DNA from: an uncultured Spirochaetaceae bacterium
Lineage (GTDB): Bacteria > Spirochaetota > Spirochaetia > DSM-27196 > PWMO01
DNA length: 64,000 nt
Assembly: GCA_964654185.1 (NCBI GenBank)
Contig: CAZZIE010000004.1
Coordinates: 4,994 to 68,993, forward strand
Direction of reading: 5' to 3'
How positions within the stretch are numbered: position 1 is the stretch's first letter; each line of letters begins with the position of its first letter. Below, piece by piece: positions 25,240 through 34,139 of this stretch. Under the pieces are notes generated by a model, which saw only the letters and a program-made list of their open reading frames with translations, was not told the DNA's origin and searched no databases. Made by a program: the position numbers and the translations under genes.

Positions 25240-25959
25240 ATGATCCCTCCCATGCGGATACGCGAATCGATCATTCTTGCCGTGGGCGTTGTCGGCGCGG
25301 CCCTGGTTTTCGGGCTCTTCTTTCATGCCGCGCGAGACAACGACGACACCATCCAGGTTGTCGGCAGCGCCTCGAGCCGGTTCACTGCGGACACGCTGAA
25401 GTGGAGCCTGACACTGACCCGTGCAACCGACGGGACAACACCGGCCGAAGGGTACGCTCTCATACAGGATGATGTGGCCAGGTTGCGTAACGTCCTGGTT
25501 AATGAGGGCATCCAGGAGGACGCCATTACCGTTCAGCCCGCAACGAGTCATCCCATGCATGACCGTGAGGGGAGCATTTCCGGGTACCGCGTACAACAGG
25601 CGGTGCAGATCATCACCGTGCAGCTCGATGCCGCCGAGAACCTTGCGTTTGCTCCCGGACAGTTCCTTGAGTCCGGAATGATCCTGGAGCGCTCGCAGCT
25701 GGAATACTTCTACTCGGAGATCGACAGCCTGAAGCACGACCTCCTCGCGGAGGCCACGAGGGACGCCCGGGAGCGGGCAAACCGCATCGCCGGCGCCGCC
25801 GAAGTAAGCGTCGGACCGATTCGGGAAGCACGGGCCGGTGTTTTTCAGATCAGAGAGCCGTACTCGACCGAGGTGACCGCCTACGGAGTCTATAACACCG
25901 CATCCCGGGATAAAGAGATAACCGTCACCGTTCACGCCAGGTTTGCCGCGGAACGATGA
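25240..25959 (+). CDS. SIMPL-domain (DUF541) protein
   Basis: An N-terminal TM segment, then the SIMPL pattern (...WSLTLT..., GYRVQQAVQIIT, DLLAEATRDARERANRIA, ITVTVHARF). The start could instead be the ATG at 25252. Confidence 0.7.
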   Translation: MIPPMRIRESIILAVGVVGAALVFGLFFHAARDNDDTIQVVGSASSRFTADTLKWSLTLTRATDGTTPAEGYALIQDDVARLRNVLVNEGIQEDAITVQPATSHPMHDREGSISGYRVQQAVQIITVQLDAAENLAFAPGQFLESGMILERSQLEYFYSEIDSLKHDLLAEATRDARERANRIAGAAEVSVGPIREARAGVFQIREPYSTEVTAYGVYNTASRDKEITVTVHARFAAER

Positions 25960-25998
25960 CGGCCTCGGAAGCTTCGCCGAAGGGTGAAGCTTCTTTCC

Positions 25999-26790
25999 CT
26001 ACTTCGCGATCATGCCGCTGATTGTCCCGCCCGTCACTTCAATACACGTCGCGTTAATCGCTTCGTTGGAAATGACGTGGCGAATCGTGTCCGCAATCTC
26101 TTCCGGCTCGATCAGGCGTCCCAGGTTCACGTTGCTCAGGATCTTCTCGAGAGCCTTCTGATCCATGCCGCGGACCATTGGCGTTCCCACGTACCCGGGC
26201 GCGATCGAGACCACGCGAATACTGTTGATGTTTCGCATCTGGAACTCGCCGACCAGTACCTTCGGCCACATGGCCAGGGCGGCCTTGGTCGAAGAGTAGT
26301 TCAACTGACCGACGCCGCCGGCCTTCTGAATGGACGAGATCGTGAAGAGAACGCCCTGATACCCGTTGTCGATCATTCGTACCGCGGCCTCTCGCAGCGT
26401 TATGAAGGATCCCGTGAGGTTCACCTCCACGACCTTTCGGAAGTCGTCCGTGGACATGACCTTCTTGACCTTGCCGGTTTCCTTGTCGGTCGAAATGACC
26501 AGCTTGTCCCGAATGATGCCCGCACAGGGCACGACGACGTTGATCTCCCCGAAACTCTCGATCGCCGCATCCATGAGGCGTGCGGTGTCTTCGTCCTTCG
26601 TGACGTCCACCACCTGTGATGCCGCCTCACCACCTGCGTCCCGGATTTCCTTCTCTACACGATCCAGTCCTTCCTGACTCATATCGCCAAGCATGATCCG
26701 CAGGCCGCTACCGGCCAGACTCTTTGCCACGGCTTCGCCAATGCCGCTTCCGCCACCGGTAATGACGGCGACCTTTCCCTTGAGTTCCAT
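25999..26790 (-). CDS. short-chain dehydrogenase/reductase (classical SDR, FabG-like)
   Basis: KVAVITGGGSGIGEA ... NYSSTKAAL (YxxxK variant). Confidence 0.8.
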   Translation of the reverse strand: MELKGKVAVITGGGSGIGEAVAKSLAGSGLRIMLGDMSQEGLDRVEKEIRDAGGEAASQVVDVTKDEDTARLMDAAIESFGEINVVVPCAGIIRDKLVISTDKETGKVKKVMSTDDFRKVVEVNLTGSFITLREAAVRMIDNGYQGVLFTISSIQKAGGVGQLNYSSTKAALAMWPKVLVGEFQMRNINSIRVVSIAPGYVGTPMVRGMDQKALEKILSNVNLGRLIEPEEIADTIRHVISNEAINATCIEVTGGTISGMIAK

Positions 26791-26813
26791 TACTCATCCT
26801 CCACGTAGCTTAT

Positions 26814-26851
26814 TGACCGTGGTCATTGACTTTATACATTGACCACAGTCA
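26814..26851. promoter_or_regulatory. candidate TetR operators in the divergent SDR/TetR intergenic region
   Basis: TGACCGTGGTCA (26814-26825; arms TGACC/GGTCA) and TGACCACAGTCA (26840-26851). CATTGAC occurs as a direct repeat. Confidence 0.5.
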
Positions 26852-26982
26852 GTGTATTCGCTATAGTTGGAACTGTCAAAGGGTTCGCTCGACGGACGAC
26901 CCTGGTTGTACAAACAGGGGTGCGTCCCAAACAGACACGGGCGTGTTCCCGGATCGTCGGCTCCCATTACACGAGACCTGAA

Positions 26983-27624
26983 ATGACCAACCGCAAGGCA
27001 CAGGCCATACGCACCAAGAAGGCACTTTTCGACAGCGCTCTCGCTCTGTTCAAGGAGAAGGGCTTCGACGCGGTAACGATCGAAGAGATTGCGCAGCGCG
27101 CCGGGACGGCAAAGGGCACTTTCTATACCTACTTTTCCACGAAGAGCGCGATCATCATCGAAGAGTTCCAGGCAATCGACGACCACTATCGCAGGTACGC
27201 ACGAAACCTTCGCAGGTACGATTCGGCCAGACAGCAACTTGTCGCCTTCACACGAACGCAGCTCCGGTATGTCAGGGACAAGATCGGCCTCGAGATGCTC
27301 AAGCTGCTCTACTCTAACCAGCTCGTTCATCCTCAAACCGAAAAGGTCCTCATCGACACGAAGCGCTATTTGCATGCCCTTGTACGGGATATCGTCCACT
27401 CGGGCCAGGAGCGGGGTGAGTTCCGGACGGACGTCGAGGCCGATCGTCTTGCACAGCTGTTCAATCGGTCAATGCGGTCAATCTTCCTGGATTGGGCGAT
27501 CTCGGACAGCGCGTTCGATCTCGTTCGCGAAGGCCTGGACTACTGTGAGGTCGTCCTGCTCCCGGCGCTGGACGGCCGGGCATCTGAAGAGACGCCGGGG
27601 CGGCCTCCCTTTCCCGGCGCGTAG
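26983..27624 (+). CDS. TetR/AcrR family transcriptional regulator
   Basis: Start at MTNRKAQAIRTKKALFDSALALFKEKGFDAVTIEEIAQRAGTAKGTFYTYF (TetR HTH). Confidence 0.85.
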   Translation: MTNRKAQAIRTKKALFDSALALFKEKGFDAVTIEEIAQRAGTAKGTFYTYFSTKSAIIIEEFQAIDDHYRRYARNLRRYDSARQQLVAFTRTQLRYVRDKIGLEMLKLLYSNQLVHPQTEKVLIDTKRYLHALVRDIVHSGQERGEFRTDVEADRLAQLFNRSMRSIFLDWAISDSAFDLVREGLDYCEVVLLPALDGRASEETPGRPPFPGA

Positions 27625-27694
27625 CGCCCCCCACCCTCAAGCCTCAAGCCGTGCCACCGGGGCCAACCGTCCCGGCGCGAGACTGAGTTTATCC

Positions 27695-27740
27695 TTGACA
27701 ACAAAGGTGGGCCGCGGGTATCATTCACTCACCGTGGTTA
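27695..27740 (+). promoter_or_regulatory. sigma70-like promoter of the thiolase gene with an overlapping TetR-operator-like site
   Basis: TTGACA (27695-27700), 18 nt, TATCAT (27719-27724), then TCACCGTGGTTA (27729-27740). That last site matches TGACCGTGGTCA at 10 of 12 positions. Confidence 0.5.
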
Positions 27741-27834
27741 TTGAGAGTTGATTCATATCTCACTTCCTCTACAGACCTCGTTGCCGTTGGTGGCGGCGTC
27801 GGGAAGATGAGAAACCCACCTAACGGAGCACGCC

Positions 27835-29094
27835 ATGAGTCAGGTAAGCATTATCGGCGCATACAACTCGAAGTTCGGCGCCTTTGTCGAGAAGAACAAA
27901 GAGACCGGCGAGGTTACCGATCGGAAGTCCATCTATGAGCTTCTGAATGAGGCCGTCAAAGGTGCCGTCGAAGACGCACAGATAGATCCGCAGGAGATTG
28001 ACGGGGTGTGGGTAACCTCCTTCACGCCGGGCCTCTTCACGGAGCAGGACCATCTCGGACCGTTGCCGATTGAGGCATTTCCGGAGGCACTTCGCTTCAA
28101 GCCCTCCCAGCGCGTCGAAGGAGCCTGCGCCAGTGGGAGTATGGGGATCTACAACGCGGTCTACGGGATTGAATCTGGTCGCTACAAGAAGGCCCTTGTC
28201 GTCGGGGTGGAGAAGATGAATCTCCTGAAGACGAAGGGAGTCACCCACGCCCTGGCGACGGCCTCCTACTGGCCGACCGAAGGTGCGCAGGGAATGACCT
28301 TCCCGGGCCTCTTTGCCGAGTACGCCAGGGGTTACAAGGAACACTACAATCTCACGGATGAGGACCTCCGAAAGATGCTCGCTTACGTGAGTGCCCTCAT
28401 GTATAAGAACGGCCTTGAGAACCCCTCTGCTCACTTCTCCAAAGGGAGTCCACCCGACCGGCATGGTCTGGTCACGCCACAGGCTATCATGGAGCTCCCT
28501 GACGACAAGAACCCCATGATTGCGGAGCCTCTGCGCCTGCACGACTGCTCCCTCATTACCGACGGCGCCGCCGGTGTGGTGCTTGCTCACAACGACGTGG
28601 TTGGGTCAGGCACACCCCGGGCGGTGGAGATTGCCGGCATCGGTCACTCTTCCGAGCGGCTCCCAATCGAACGGCGAGATAACATGTACGAGCTGATTGC
28701 CGGAAAGAAGGCGGTGACCCAGGCGTACCGTGAAGCCGGGATCTCCGTCGACGATCTCGACCTCGCCGAGGTTCACGACTGCTTCACCATCAATCAGCTT
28801 CTGTCGACGGAAGCACTTGGCCTGTCAAAGGATGGTCGTGCCGGGCACGACTACATGGAAGGGCGCTTCACCCGGGATGATCGCTGTCCCGTCAATCTTT
28901 CGGGAGGACTCAAGGCGAAGGGACACCCCGTTGGCGCAACCGGCGTATCCATGCACGCTCTCGTGTACAAGCAGCTTGTAGGAGAGCCGATCGGTGCAAC
29001 ACCGACCACGGGATCACCGGAAGTGGGCGTAACCCTGAACGTCGGCGGATCCGCTGCAACGAATGCGGTCACGGTGTTGCGCCGCACCAGGTAA
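27835..29094 (+). CDS. thiolase-family protein (SCP-x/acetyl-CoA acetyltransferase-like)
   Basis: VEGACASGSMG (active-site Cys), ...HDCF...NLSGGLKAKGHPVGATG. Confidence 0.8.
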   Translation: MSQVSIIGAYNSKFGAFVEKNKETGEVTDRKSIYELLNEAVKGAVEDAQIDPQEIDGVWVTSFTPGLFTEQDHLGPLPIEAFPEALRFKPSQRVEGACASGSMGIYNAVYGIESGRYKKALVVGVEKMNLLKTKGVTHALATASYWPTEGAQGMTFPGLFAEYARGYKEHYNLTDEDLRKMLAYVSALMYKNGLENPSAHFSKGSPPDRHGLVTPQAIMELPDDKNPMIAEPLRLHDCSLITDGAAGVVLAHNDVVGSGTPRAVEIAGIGHSSERLPIERRDNMYELIAGKKAVTQAYREAGISVDDLDLAEVHDCFTINQLLSTEALGLSKDGRAGHDYMEGRFTRDDRCPVNLSGGLKAKGHPVGATGVSMHALVYKQLVGEPIGATPTTGSPEVGVTLNVGGSAATNAVTVLRRTR

Positions 29095-29109
29095 CGTTTC
29101 ACGGAACCT

Positions 29110-29172
29110 GTGGATGTGGCGGCCGGTGGCGGACCCGCGGCGGGCCGCAAGGGCCCGTCGCGACACATCCAC
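29110..29172. terminator. nested GC hairpin between convergent genes (candidate bidirectional terminator)
   Basis: Outer stem GTGGATGTG (29110-29118) pairs with CACATCCAC (29164-29172). The inner stem of about 11 bp is capped by a GCAA tetraloop. No U-tract. Confidence 0.45.
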
Positions 29173-29198
29173 CGGCAGGCCGCCGCAAAATCACATGC

Positions 29199-29753
29199 TC
29201 AGGAGCCCGAGCCTCCCGATTGAGACTGACCCTGCTGGGCCTGCATCTCCGAGCGGACGCGCTCCTGTATCTCGGGACTCTGAGAGAGTGCCGAGTAGAT
29301 CTCGTTGAACCGGGCAACTTCCATGTCCTCTTCAGAGATGACGTCCTGCACTCTGTTCTGGAGGCCGTCCTGGATCTCGGTAATCTCCGACATCGTCTGT
29401 TGATATGCCTGCTGCTCCTCATCGGAGAGCTCGACGTTTGATCCCTGGTTGCCGGACTGCTGCCTGGCCTGATAGATCTCGATGAAGCGCTGCCGACTGA
29501 AGCTGCTGTCCTGGATGACCTCTCCAATCTCCGCCTGAGCGTTCTGCTGAATCGACTGGATGGCCACCAATGCCGCCGTGAACTGCTCGATCTCAGCGTC
29601 GGACACCGATACACTGGGCGAGCTCGGTGGCTGTGGACCCGTTTCACCCCCGGGGGAACCGGAGGATTGGCCGAATGCGATCATTGCCGGCGCCACAAGG
29701 GCAACCACCAATGCCAAAAAGAGACGGTTAATGTGTGGTGTAAATTGTACCAT
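29199..29753 (-). CDS. DUF4168-like exported protein
   Basis: Signal peptide, then two repeats of the pattern seen in DUF4168 (EIEQFTAALVAIQSIQQ...; ...RFNEIYSALSQSPEIQERV). Gln/Ser-rich. Confidence 0.55.
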   Translation of the reverse strand: MVQFTPHINRLFLALVVALVAPAMIAFGQSSGSPGGETGPQPPSSPSVSVSDAEIEQFTAALVAIQSIQQNAQAEIGEVIQDSSFSRQRFIEIYQARQQSGNQGSNVELSDEEQQAYQQTMSEITEIQDGLQNRVQDVISEEDMEVARFNEIYSALSQSPEIQERVRSEMQAQQGQSQSGGSGS

Positions 29754-29810
29754 TAAGGGGACGGTAACAACCCGCCCCCTCCTGCGTCAAAGTCGGCGAG
29801 CGATCGTGAG

Positions 29811-30569
29811 TTAGAGCGTTTCCAACTCCCGCACGAGGGCGCGGGAGAGTTGTTGGTGTACAAAGCGTCGCACCCGTGCCCGGAACGCATTCCCCTGGCG
29901 CGGATCGAACATCACGACGTGCACGTGTTTACCCTCCGCACGCACCCCGGAAACGACACCCGATACTTTCACGGCCTGCCCGCGCAGTCGGAGCTGGATA
30001 TCGGTGAGATAGCTTCTGACCGGTACTTCCATGTCGGGCTCGAAGGAGCACGCCATGCCGACTGAGCTGATGTCGTGTACCACGCCGTTGCACAGCATGT
30101 CGTGGATCTTCACATTGAAGGTCGCCACCTTCGGATCATCTATCCGGGCCCGCACGTACCGCCGGCGCCCTCGCGCCTCATTTGCTTCGAGCATGCGCAG
30201 CACAATCCCGGAGCTTTCCTCGAGTCCCAGCGAGAGCGTGACGAACCCGGCCTGAACCCCAATGTCCATGAGATACTTCCGCGCAAGCTCCTCGTTCTTG
30301 TTGTACGTGAGGATCCCGACCCGCACGTTCGTCGTCTCGGGAGACTCGCTGATCTCACGGACGTACTCTTCCCAGCGCTCCTCGGACAGTCCCGCATCAA
30401 TGTTCACAAAGAGGATGGAGTCGTCGTACCGGGGCAGCAACTTTCGCAGACGCTGATGGTCCTTGAGCAGATACACTTCATACTCGTTGCGAACCACTTC
30501 CCAAACAAGCTCTTCGGTGACTACGCTCGGGGGATACAGGAAGAATACTTTCTTGCCAAATTCCGGCAT
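29811..30569 (-). CDS. PilZ-domain protein (putative c-di-GMP receptor)
   Basis: The C-terminal half has RRRYVR (RxxxR) and HDISSVGMA (DxSxxG). The N-terminal domain of about 130 aa is not recognised. Confidence 0.7.
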   Translation of the reverse strand: MPEFGKKVFFLYPPSVVTEELVWEVVRNEYEVYLLKDHQRLRKLLPRYDDSILFVNIDAGLSEERWEEYVREISESPETTNVRVGILTYNKNEELARKYLMDIGVQAGFVTLSLGLEESSGIVLRMLEANEARGRRRYVRARIDDPKVATFNVKIHDMLCNGVVHDISSVGMACSFEPDMEVPVRSYLTDIQLRLRGQAVKVSGVVSGVRAEGKHVHVVMFDPRQGNAFRARVRRFVHQQLSRALVRELETL

Positions 30570-30622
30570 GTCATGTCCATTGTACTAGAAGTCGTGCAGG
30601 GTAACACAACGGAGTAAATATC

Positions 30623-31267
30623 ATGCAATTCCTTGAGTTGGCGAAGCGGCGATACAGTGTTCGCGCTTACACGGACGCCTCGGTCCCCCGGAAGCTGGTG
30701 GAGCGCGCGCTGGAGGCTGCACGCCTCGCCCCCTCCGCAAGCAACTCCCAGCCCTGGCACTTTGTAGTCGTTGACGAGCCGGAACAGTGTGCAGAGCTGG
30801 GGGCGGCGTGTCGCGGGCCGGCGGGAACGTTTAACAAGTTCGCCGTCTCGGTTTCCACTTTCGTTGTAATCCTCGAGAGCTGGGGCGCTGCTCACACGGC
30901 CCTGGCGGGCCTCCTGAAGGGTCGCCGCTACAGTTCCTACGATGTCGGCATGGCCGCGGAGCACCTCTGTCTCCAGGCGGCGGAAGATGGCCTCGGCACC
31001 TGCATGCTGGGCTGGTTTGACGAACGCCGCGTCCGTCGACTGGTCGGCGCACCCCGGGGGTACCGGCCCACACTGGTCATCACCGTCGGCTATCCTCGCA
31101 AGGATTCGCCGCCTCCGAAGAAGAGGAAGGCGCTATCCGAGGTCGTGAGCTGGAACAGACACGACGGGCGGGGGACGCCCTCCGCTCTCGCAGACCACAG
31201 CGCCGCCCCCGCACACCACGCCGCGGCCCCCGCTACCGGGGCGCTGCGGCCAGGACCCGCGCAGTGA
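30623..31267 (+). CDS. nitroreductase family protein
   Basis: RRYSVRAYTD...LEAARLAPSASNSQPWHFVVV. Confidence 0.8.
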   Translation: MQFLELAKRRYSVRAYTDASVPRKLVERALEAARLAPSASNSQPWHFVVVDEPEQCAELGAACRGPAGTFNKFAVSVSTFVVILESWGAAHTALAGLLKGRRYSSYDVGMAAEHLCLQAAEDGLGTCMLGWFDERRVRRLVGAPRGYRPTLVITVGYPRKDSPPPKKRKALSEVVSWNRHDGRGTPSALADHSAAPAHHAAAPATGALRPGPAQ

Positions 31268-32106
31268 AACAGCGTCATCTCAGGCGGGGACTCCTCGGGT
31301 TCGTGCGGCACGTCGTGGACATTGTGCGGGAGAACGAGCTCGGCCTCCTGGCAACCTCCATGGCCTTCGCCACGGTACTCGCGGTCATGCCGCTTCTGGC
31401 AGTGAGCCTGTCGGTCTTCCTCTTCATCGAGCCTCTCGAGCCCTACCTGCGCGCCCTCGAGCAGATCATGCTGCAGTACCTGCTCAGCGGTCCAGGCAAC
31501 CAGCTCGTAACTCAGGTTCAGGACACGATCTCCCAGATGCGGAGCAGCGTGATCGGCGGTGCGGGACTCGTCTTCCTCGTCGCTGTGGCCATGAAGCTCC
31601 TCAACGACGTCGACACAGCCGTACAACGCGTCTGGGGCGTACGCGACCGGCGGCACGCCGTGCGCTCCCTCCTGTCATACCTCGCGATAATCGTTCTGGG
31701 GCCGGTGGTGCTTGCGCTGCTGGTGGCAGCCCTCTCGGTGGATGTCCTGCCCTACTTCGGCCGCATTCCCACCCGCGTCGTCGCCTACCTGGTCCTCGCC
31801 ACCATCCTCTTCGCGGTGTACCACTTCGTCCCGCGCCATCCCGTGAAGTTCCGCGCCTCTCTCGTCTCAACGGCCGGGTCCGTCCTCCTGCTGGCCCTCG
31901 TCCAGCGCGGATACGGCTGGATCACGGCGAACGTCCTGAACTACAACCGCATCTACGGCTCCCTGGCGGTCATCCCCCTCTTCCTCATCTGGGTGCTGCT
32001 CTTCTGGATCGTCTTTCTCCTCGGAAACGCCGCCTGCGCAGCCCTCACCCACCGCGCCGAGCACGCCGCAGAGCGCAGGGCACGCCACACCACCTCAGAA
32101 GAGTAA
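31264..32106 (+). CDS. YihY/BrkB family membrane protein
   Basis: LLATSMAFATVLAVMPLLAV..., polytopic, ...YGSLAVIPLFLIWVLLFWIVFLLG. Confidence 0.75.
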   Translation: MKQRHLRRGLLGFVRHVVDIVRENELGLLATSMAFATVLAVMPLLAVSLSVFLFIEPLEPYLRALEQIMLQYLLSGPGNQLVTQVQDTISQMRSSVIGGAGLVFLVAVAMKLLNDVDTAVQRVWGVRDRRHAVRSLLSYLAIIVLGPVVLALLVAALSVDVLPYFGRIPTRVVAYLVLATILFAVYHFVPRHPVKFRASLVSTAGSVLLLALVQRGYGWITANVLNYNRIYGSLAVIPLFLIWVLLFWIVFLLGNAACAALTHRAEHAAERRARHTTSEE

Positions 32107-32166
32107 GAAGATTCTGGGGACGATGCGTACGGCGCCCCGCCCCACCCGGGACCGACCGAAGGGCCG

Positions 32167-32233
32167 GGCGCGAACCGCCGCGTCAGCGGGGGGTCGGCGT
32201 GGCCGGTCCCGGCGCGAACCACCGCGTCGGCGG
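32167..32233. repeat. 23-bp imperfect direct repeat in a GC-rich intergenic region
   Basis: GGCGCGAACCGCCGCGTCAGCGG (32167-32189) and GGCGCGAACCACCGCGTCGGCGG (32211-32233). Confidence 0.7.
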
Positions 32234-32259
32234 CGCGCGTGGGTGCCGGAGCCCGCGGG

Positions 32260-32287
32260 GGGCCGTGCGCCGTCATGCGCACGGCCC
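32260..32287. terminator. perfect 11-bp GC hairpin 8 nt downstream of the hydA stop
   Basis: GGGCCGTGCGC-cgtcat-GCGCACGGCCC. There is no U-tract. It lies between convergent yihY-like and hydA genes. Confidence 0.5.
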
Positions 32288-32294
32288 GTACCCG

Positions 32295-34139
32295 TCAGGC
32301 CGGCTCGACGGGCACCTTTACCGCGTGGGCGGCTCCGGCGACGCCGGCACGCAGCGCCTCAATGTCCCGCAGGGAGGCGCGGCCGGCGTAGTGGGTGTGG
32401 AGGAGATGATGTGAGCGCTCGCCGAGGGGCGCCCCGAGGAACTCCGTGTAGAGCTCCTGCACCGCCGGGTTCTCGTGAGACATGCGGATGGGGCGCGATT
32501 CGTCCTCTTCGTAAATGGCGCGGATCCGCGCCTCCCGCACCTCATTGGTGGTGAAACGGGGCTGGCCTCCGCCGCCGATGCATCCGCCCGGACAGGTCAT
32601 GATCTCGACGAAGTGGTACTCCTTCTCACCCCGGGCAATGAGGTCCAGCACGTCCCGGGCGTTGGAGAGGCCGTGGGCAACCGCCACACGGAGGGTCGCC
32701 CCCTCAAGGAAGCTCCACTCCGGCAGGGCACCCTTCACGGTGAGCTCCGCCTCCTTCACGCCCTGCAGGCCCGCAAGGGGCTCCACATGGAGGGCCGGGG
32801 TACCGAGGGGCTTGCCCGTCACGACGGCGTGGGCCGTCCGGAGGGCCGCCTCCATGACACCCCCGGTGTTGGCGAAGATGTCCGCCGCTCCCGTCGAGAT
32901 GCCCAGCGGCGCATCCATTTCGGAGTCCTCGAGGTTGGGAAAGTCGATCCCCGCCTCGCGGATGATCTCGCCGAGTTCCCGGGTGGTAAGCACCCAGTCG
33001 ACGTCGCGGACACCGCTGTCGGTCATCTCCGGGCGCGCCGCCTCGAACTTCTTGGCCGTGCAGGGCATGACCGACACGACCGAGATGTCCTCGGGACTCG
33101 TGCCGAGTTGTTCCGCGTAGTAGCTCTTCGCCAGGGCGCCGAACATCTGCTGCGGGCTCTTGCAGCTCGATATGTTGGGCAGGAACTGCGGGTAGAAGTG
33201 CTCGGCGTAGTTGATCCACCCGGGAGAGCAGCTCGTGAACTGCGGCAGGGCCACCTCCTCGCCGTCGACGAGGGCACGCTTCAGCCGCATGAGCAACTCG
33301 CTCGCCTCTTCCATGATCGTGAGATCCGCCGTGAAGTTGGTGTCGAATACGGCGTCGAAACCGAGTTGCCGAAGCGCCGAGACCATCTTGCCGGTGACCC
33401 GACTCCCGGGAGGATACCCGAAGCACTCTCCGATCGAGGCGCGGATTGCCGGCGCAGTCTGTACCACCACCGTCTTATCGGGATTGCCCAGGTCACGCCA
33501 GACACCGTCGACGTGACGCACCTCCGTAATTGCCCCGACCGGGCAAACCGCCGCGCATTGACCGCACTGCACGCAGGGCGTACCGTCCAGGTCGTTCGCG
33601 AAGGCCGGTCCGACCACCGTGGCAAAACCGCGGTTCTGCGCTCCCAGAGCGCCGACCGCCTGAATGGAGTTGCACACCGTCACGCAGCGGCGGCACTTGA
33701 TGCACTTCGCCGTCTCGCGAATGAGCGCCTCCGTGCTCAGGTCGACGAGCTTGCTCGCCCGCTCGCCCTCGTAGGGAATCTCCCGGATCCCCAGGTCGTA
33801 GGCGAGCGCCTTGAGCTCACAATCCTCGCTGCGGGCGCAGGTCTTGCAGTCGCCGTCGTGCTCGCTCAGAAGGAGCTCGACCACGGCGCGTCGCGCCTCC
33901 CGGACCCGGGGAGAGTTGGTCTTGACCTTCATCCCGTCGCGCACCGGGGTGGCGCACGCCGCCAGAGTGGTCCGGGCGCCTTCGACCTCCACCATGCACA
34001 CCCGACACGCGCCGGTTGGCTCGAGTCCCTGGAGGTTGCACAGCGTCGGAATCGTCACGCCGGCTCGTCGCGCCGCGGTAAGAATCGTATCGTCAGCTTC
34101 TGCCGGTACCGGCACACCGTTAATCGTCAGTTCAGCCAC
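32295..34139 (-). CDS. hydA: [FeFe]-hydrogenase catalytic subunit (M3-type: 2Fe-2S, His-ligated 4Fe-4S, 2x4Fe-4S, H-domain) with an atypical P1 motif
   Basis: H-cluster motifs are FTSCSPGW (P1, atypical), MPCTAKKFE (P2) and EIMTCPGGCIGGGGQP (P3). The N-terminal region LTINGVPV...CRVCMVEV is a 2Fe-2S domain. GTG start at 34139 (AAGGAGG 6 nt upstream) overlaps the hydB stop by 8 nt. Confidence 0.9.
   Translation of the reverse strand: MAELTINGVPVPAEADDTILTAARRAGVTIPTLCNLQGLEPTGACRVCMVEVEGARTTLAACATPVRDGMKVKTNSPRVREARRAVVELLLSEHDGDCKTCARSEDCELKALAYDLGIREIPYEGERASKLVDLSTEALIRETAKCIKCRRCVTVCNSIQAVGALGAQNRGFATVVGPAFANDLDGTPCVQCGQCAAVCPVGAITEVRHVDGVWRDLGNPDKTVVVQTAPAIRASIGECFGYPPGSRVTGKMVSALRQLGFDAVFDTNFTADLTIMEEASELLMRLKRALVDGEEVALPQFTSCSPGWINYAEHFYPQFLPNISSCKSPQQMFGALAKSYYAEQLGTSPEDISVVSVMPCTAKKFEAARPEMTDSGVRDVDWVLTTRELGEIIREAGIDFPNLEDSEMDAPLGISTGAADIFANTGGVMEAALRTAHAVVTGKPLGTPALHVEPLAGLQGVKEAELTVKGALPEWSFLEGATLRVAVAHGLSNARDVLDLIARGEKEYHFVEIMTCPGGCIGGGGQPRFTTNEVREARIRAIYEEDESRPIRMSHENPAVQELYTEFLGAPLGERSHHLLHTHYAGRASLRDIEALRAGVAGAAHAVKVPVEPA

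Noticed and set aside
25138-25935. 265-aa minus-strand ORF overlapping the SIMPL-domain gene. Similar cases: 27820-28590 versus the thiolase gene, 41707-42336 versus the nusG-like gene, 42663-43904 and 43741-44799 versus capD/degT, and 48316-49101 versus dnaE.
   Set aside because: In each case the opposite strand encodes a protein with clear family signatures. These ORFs lack RBS or start context and any motifs.
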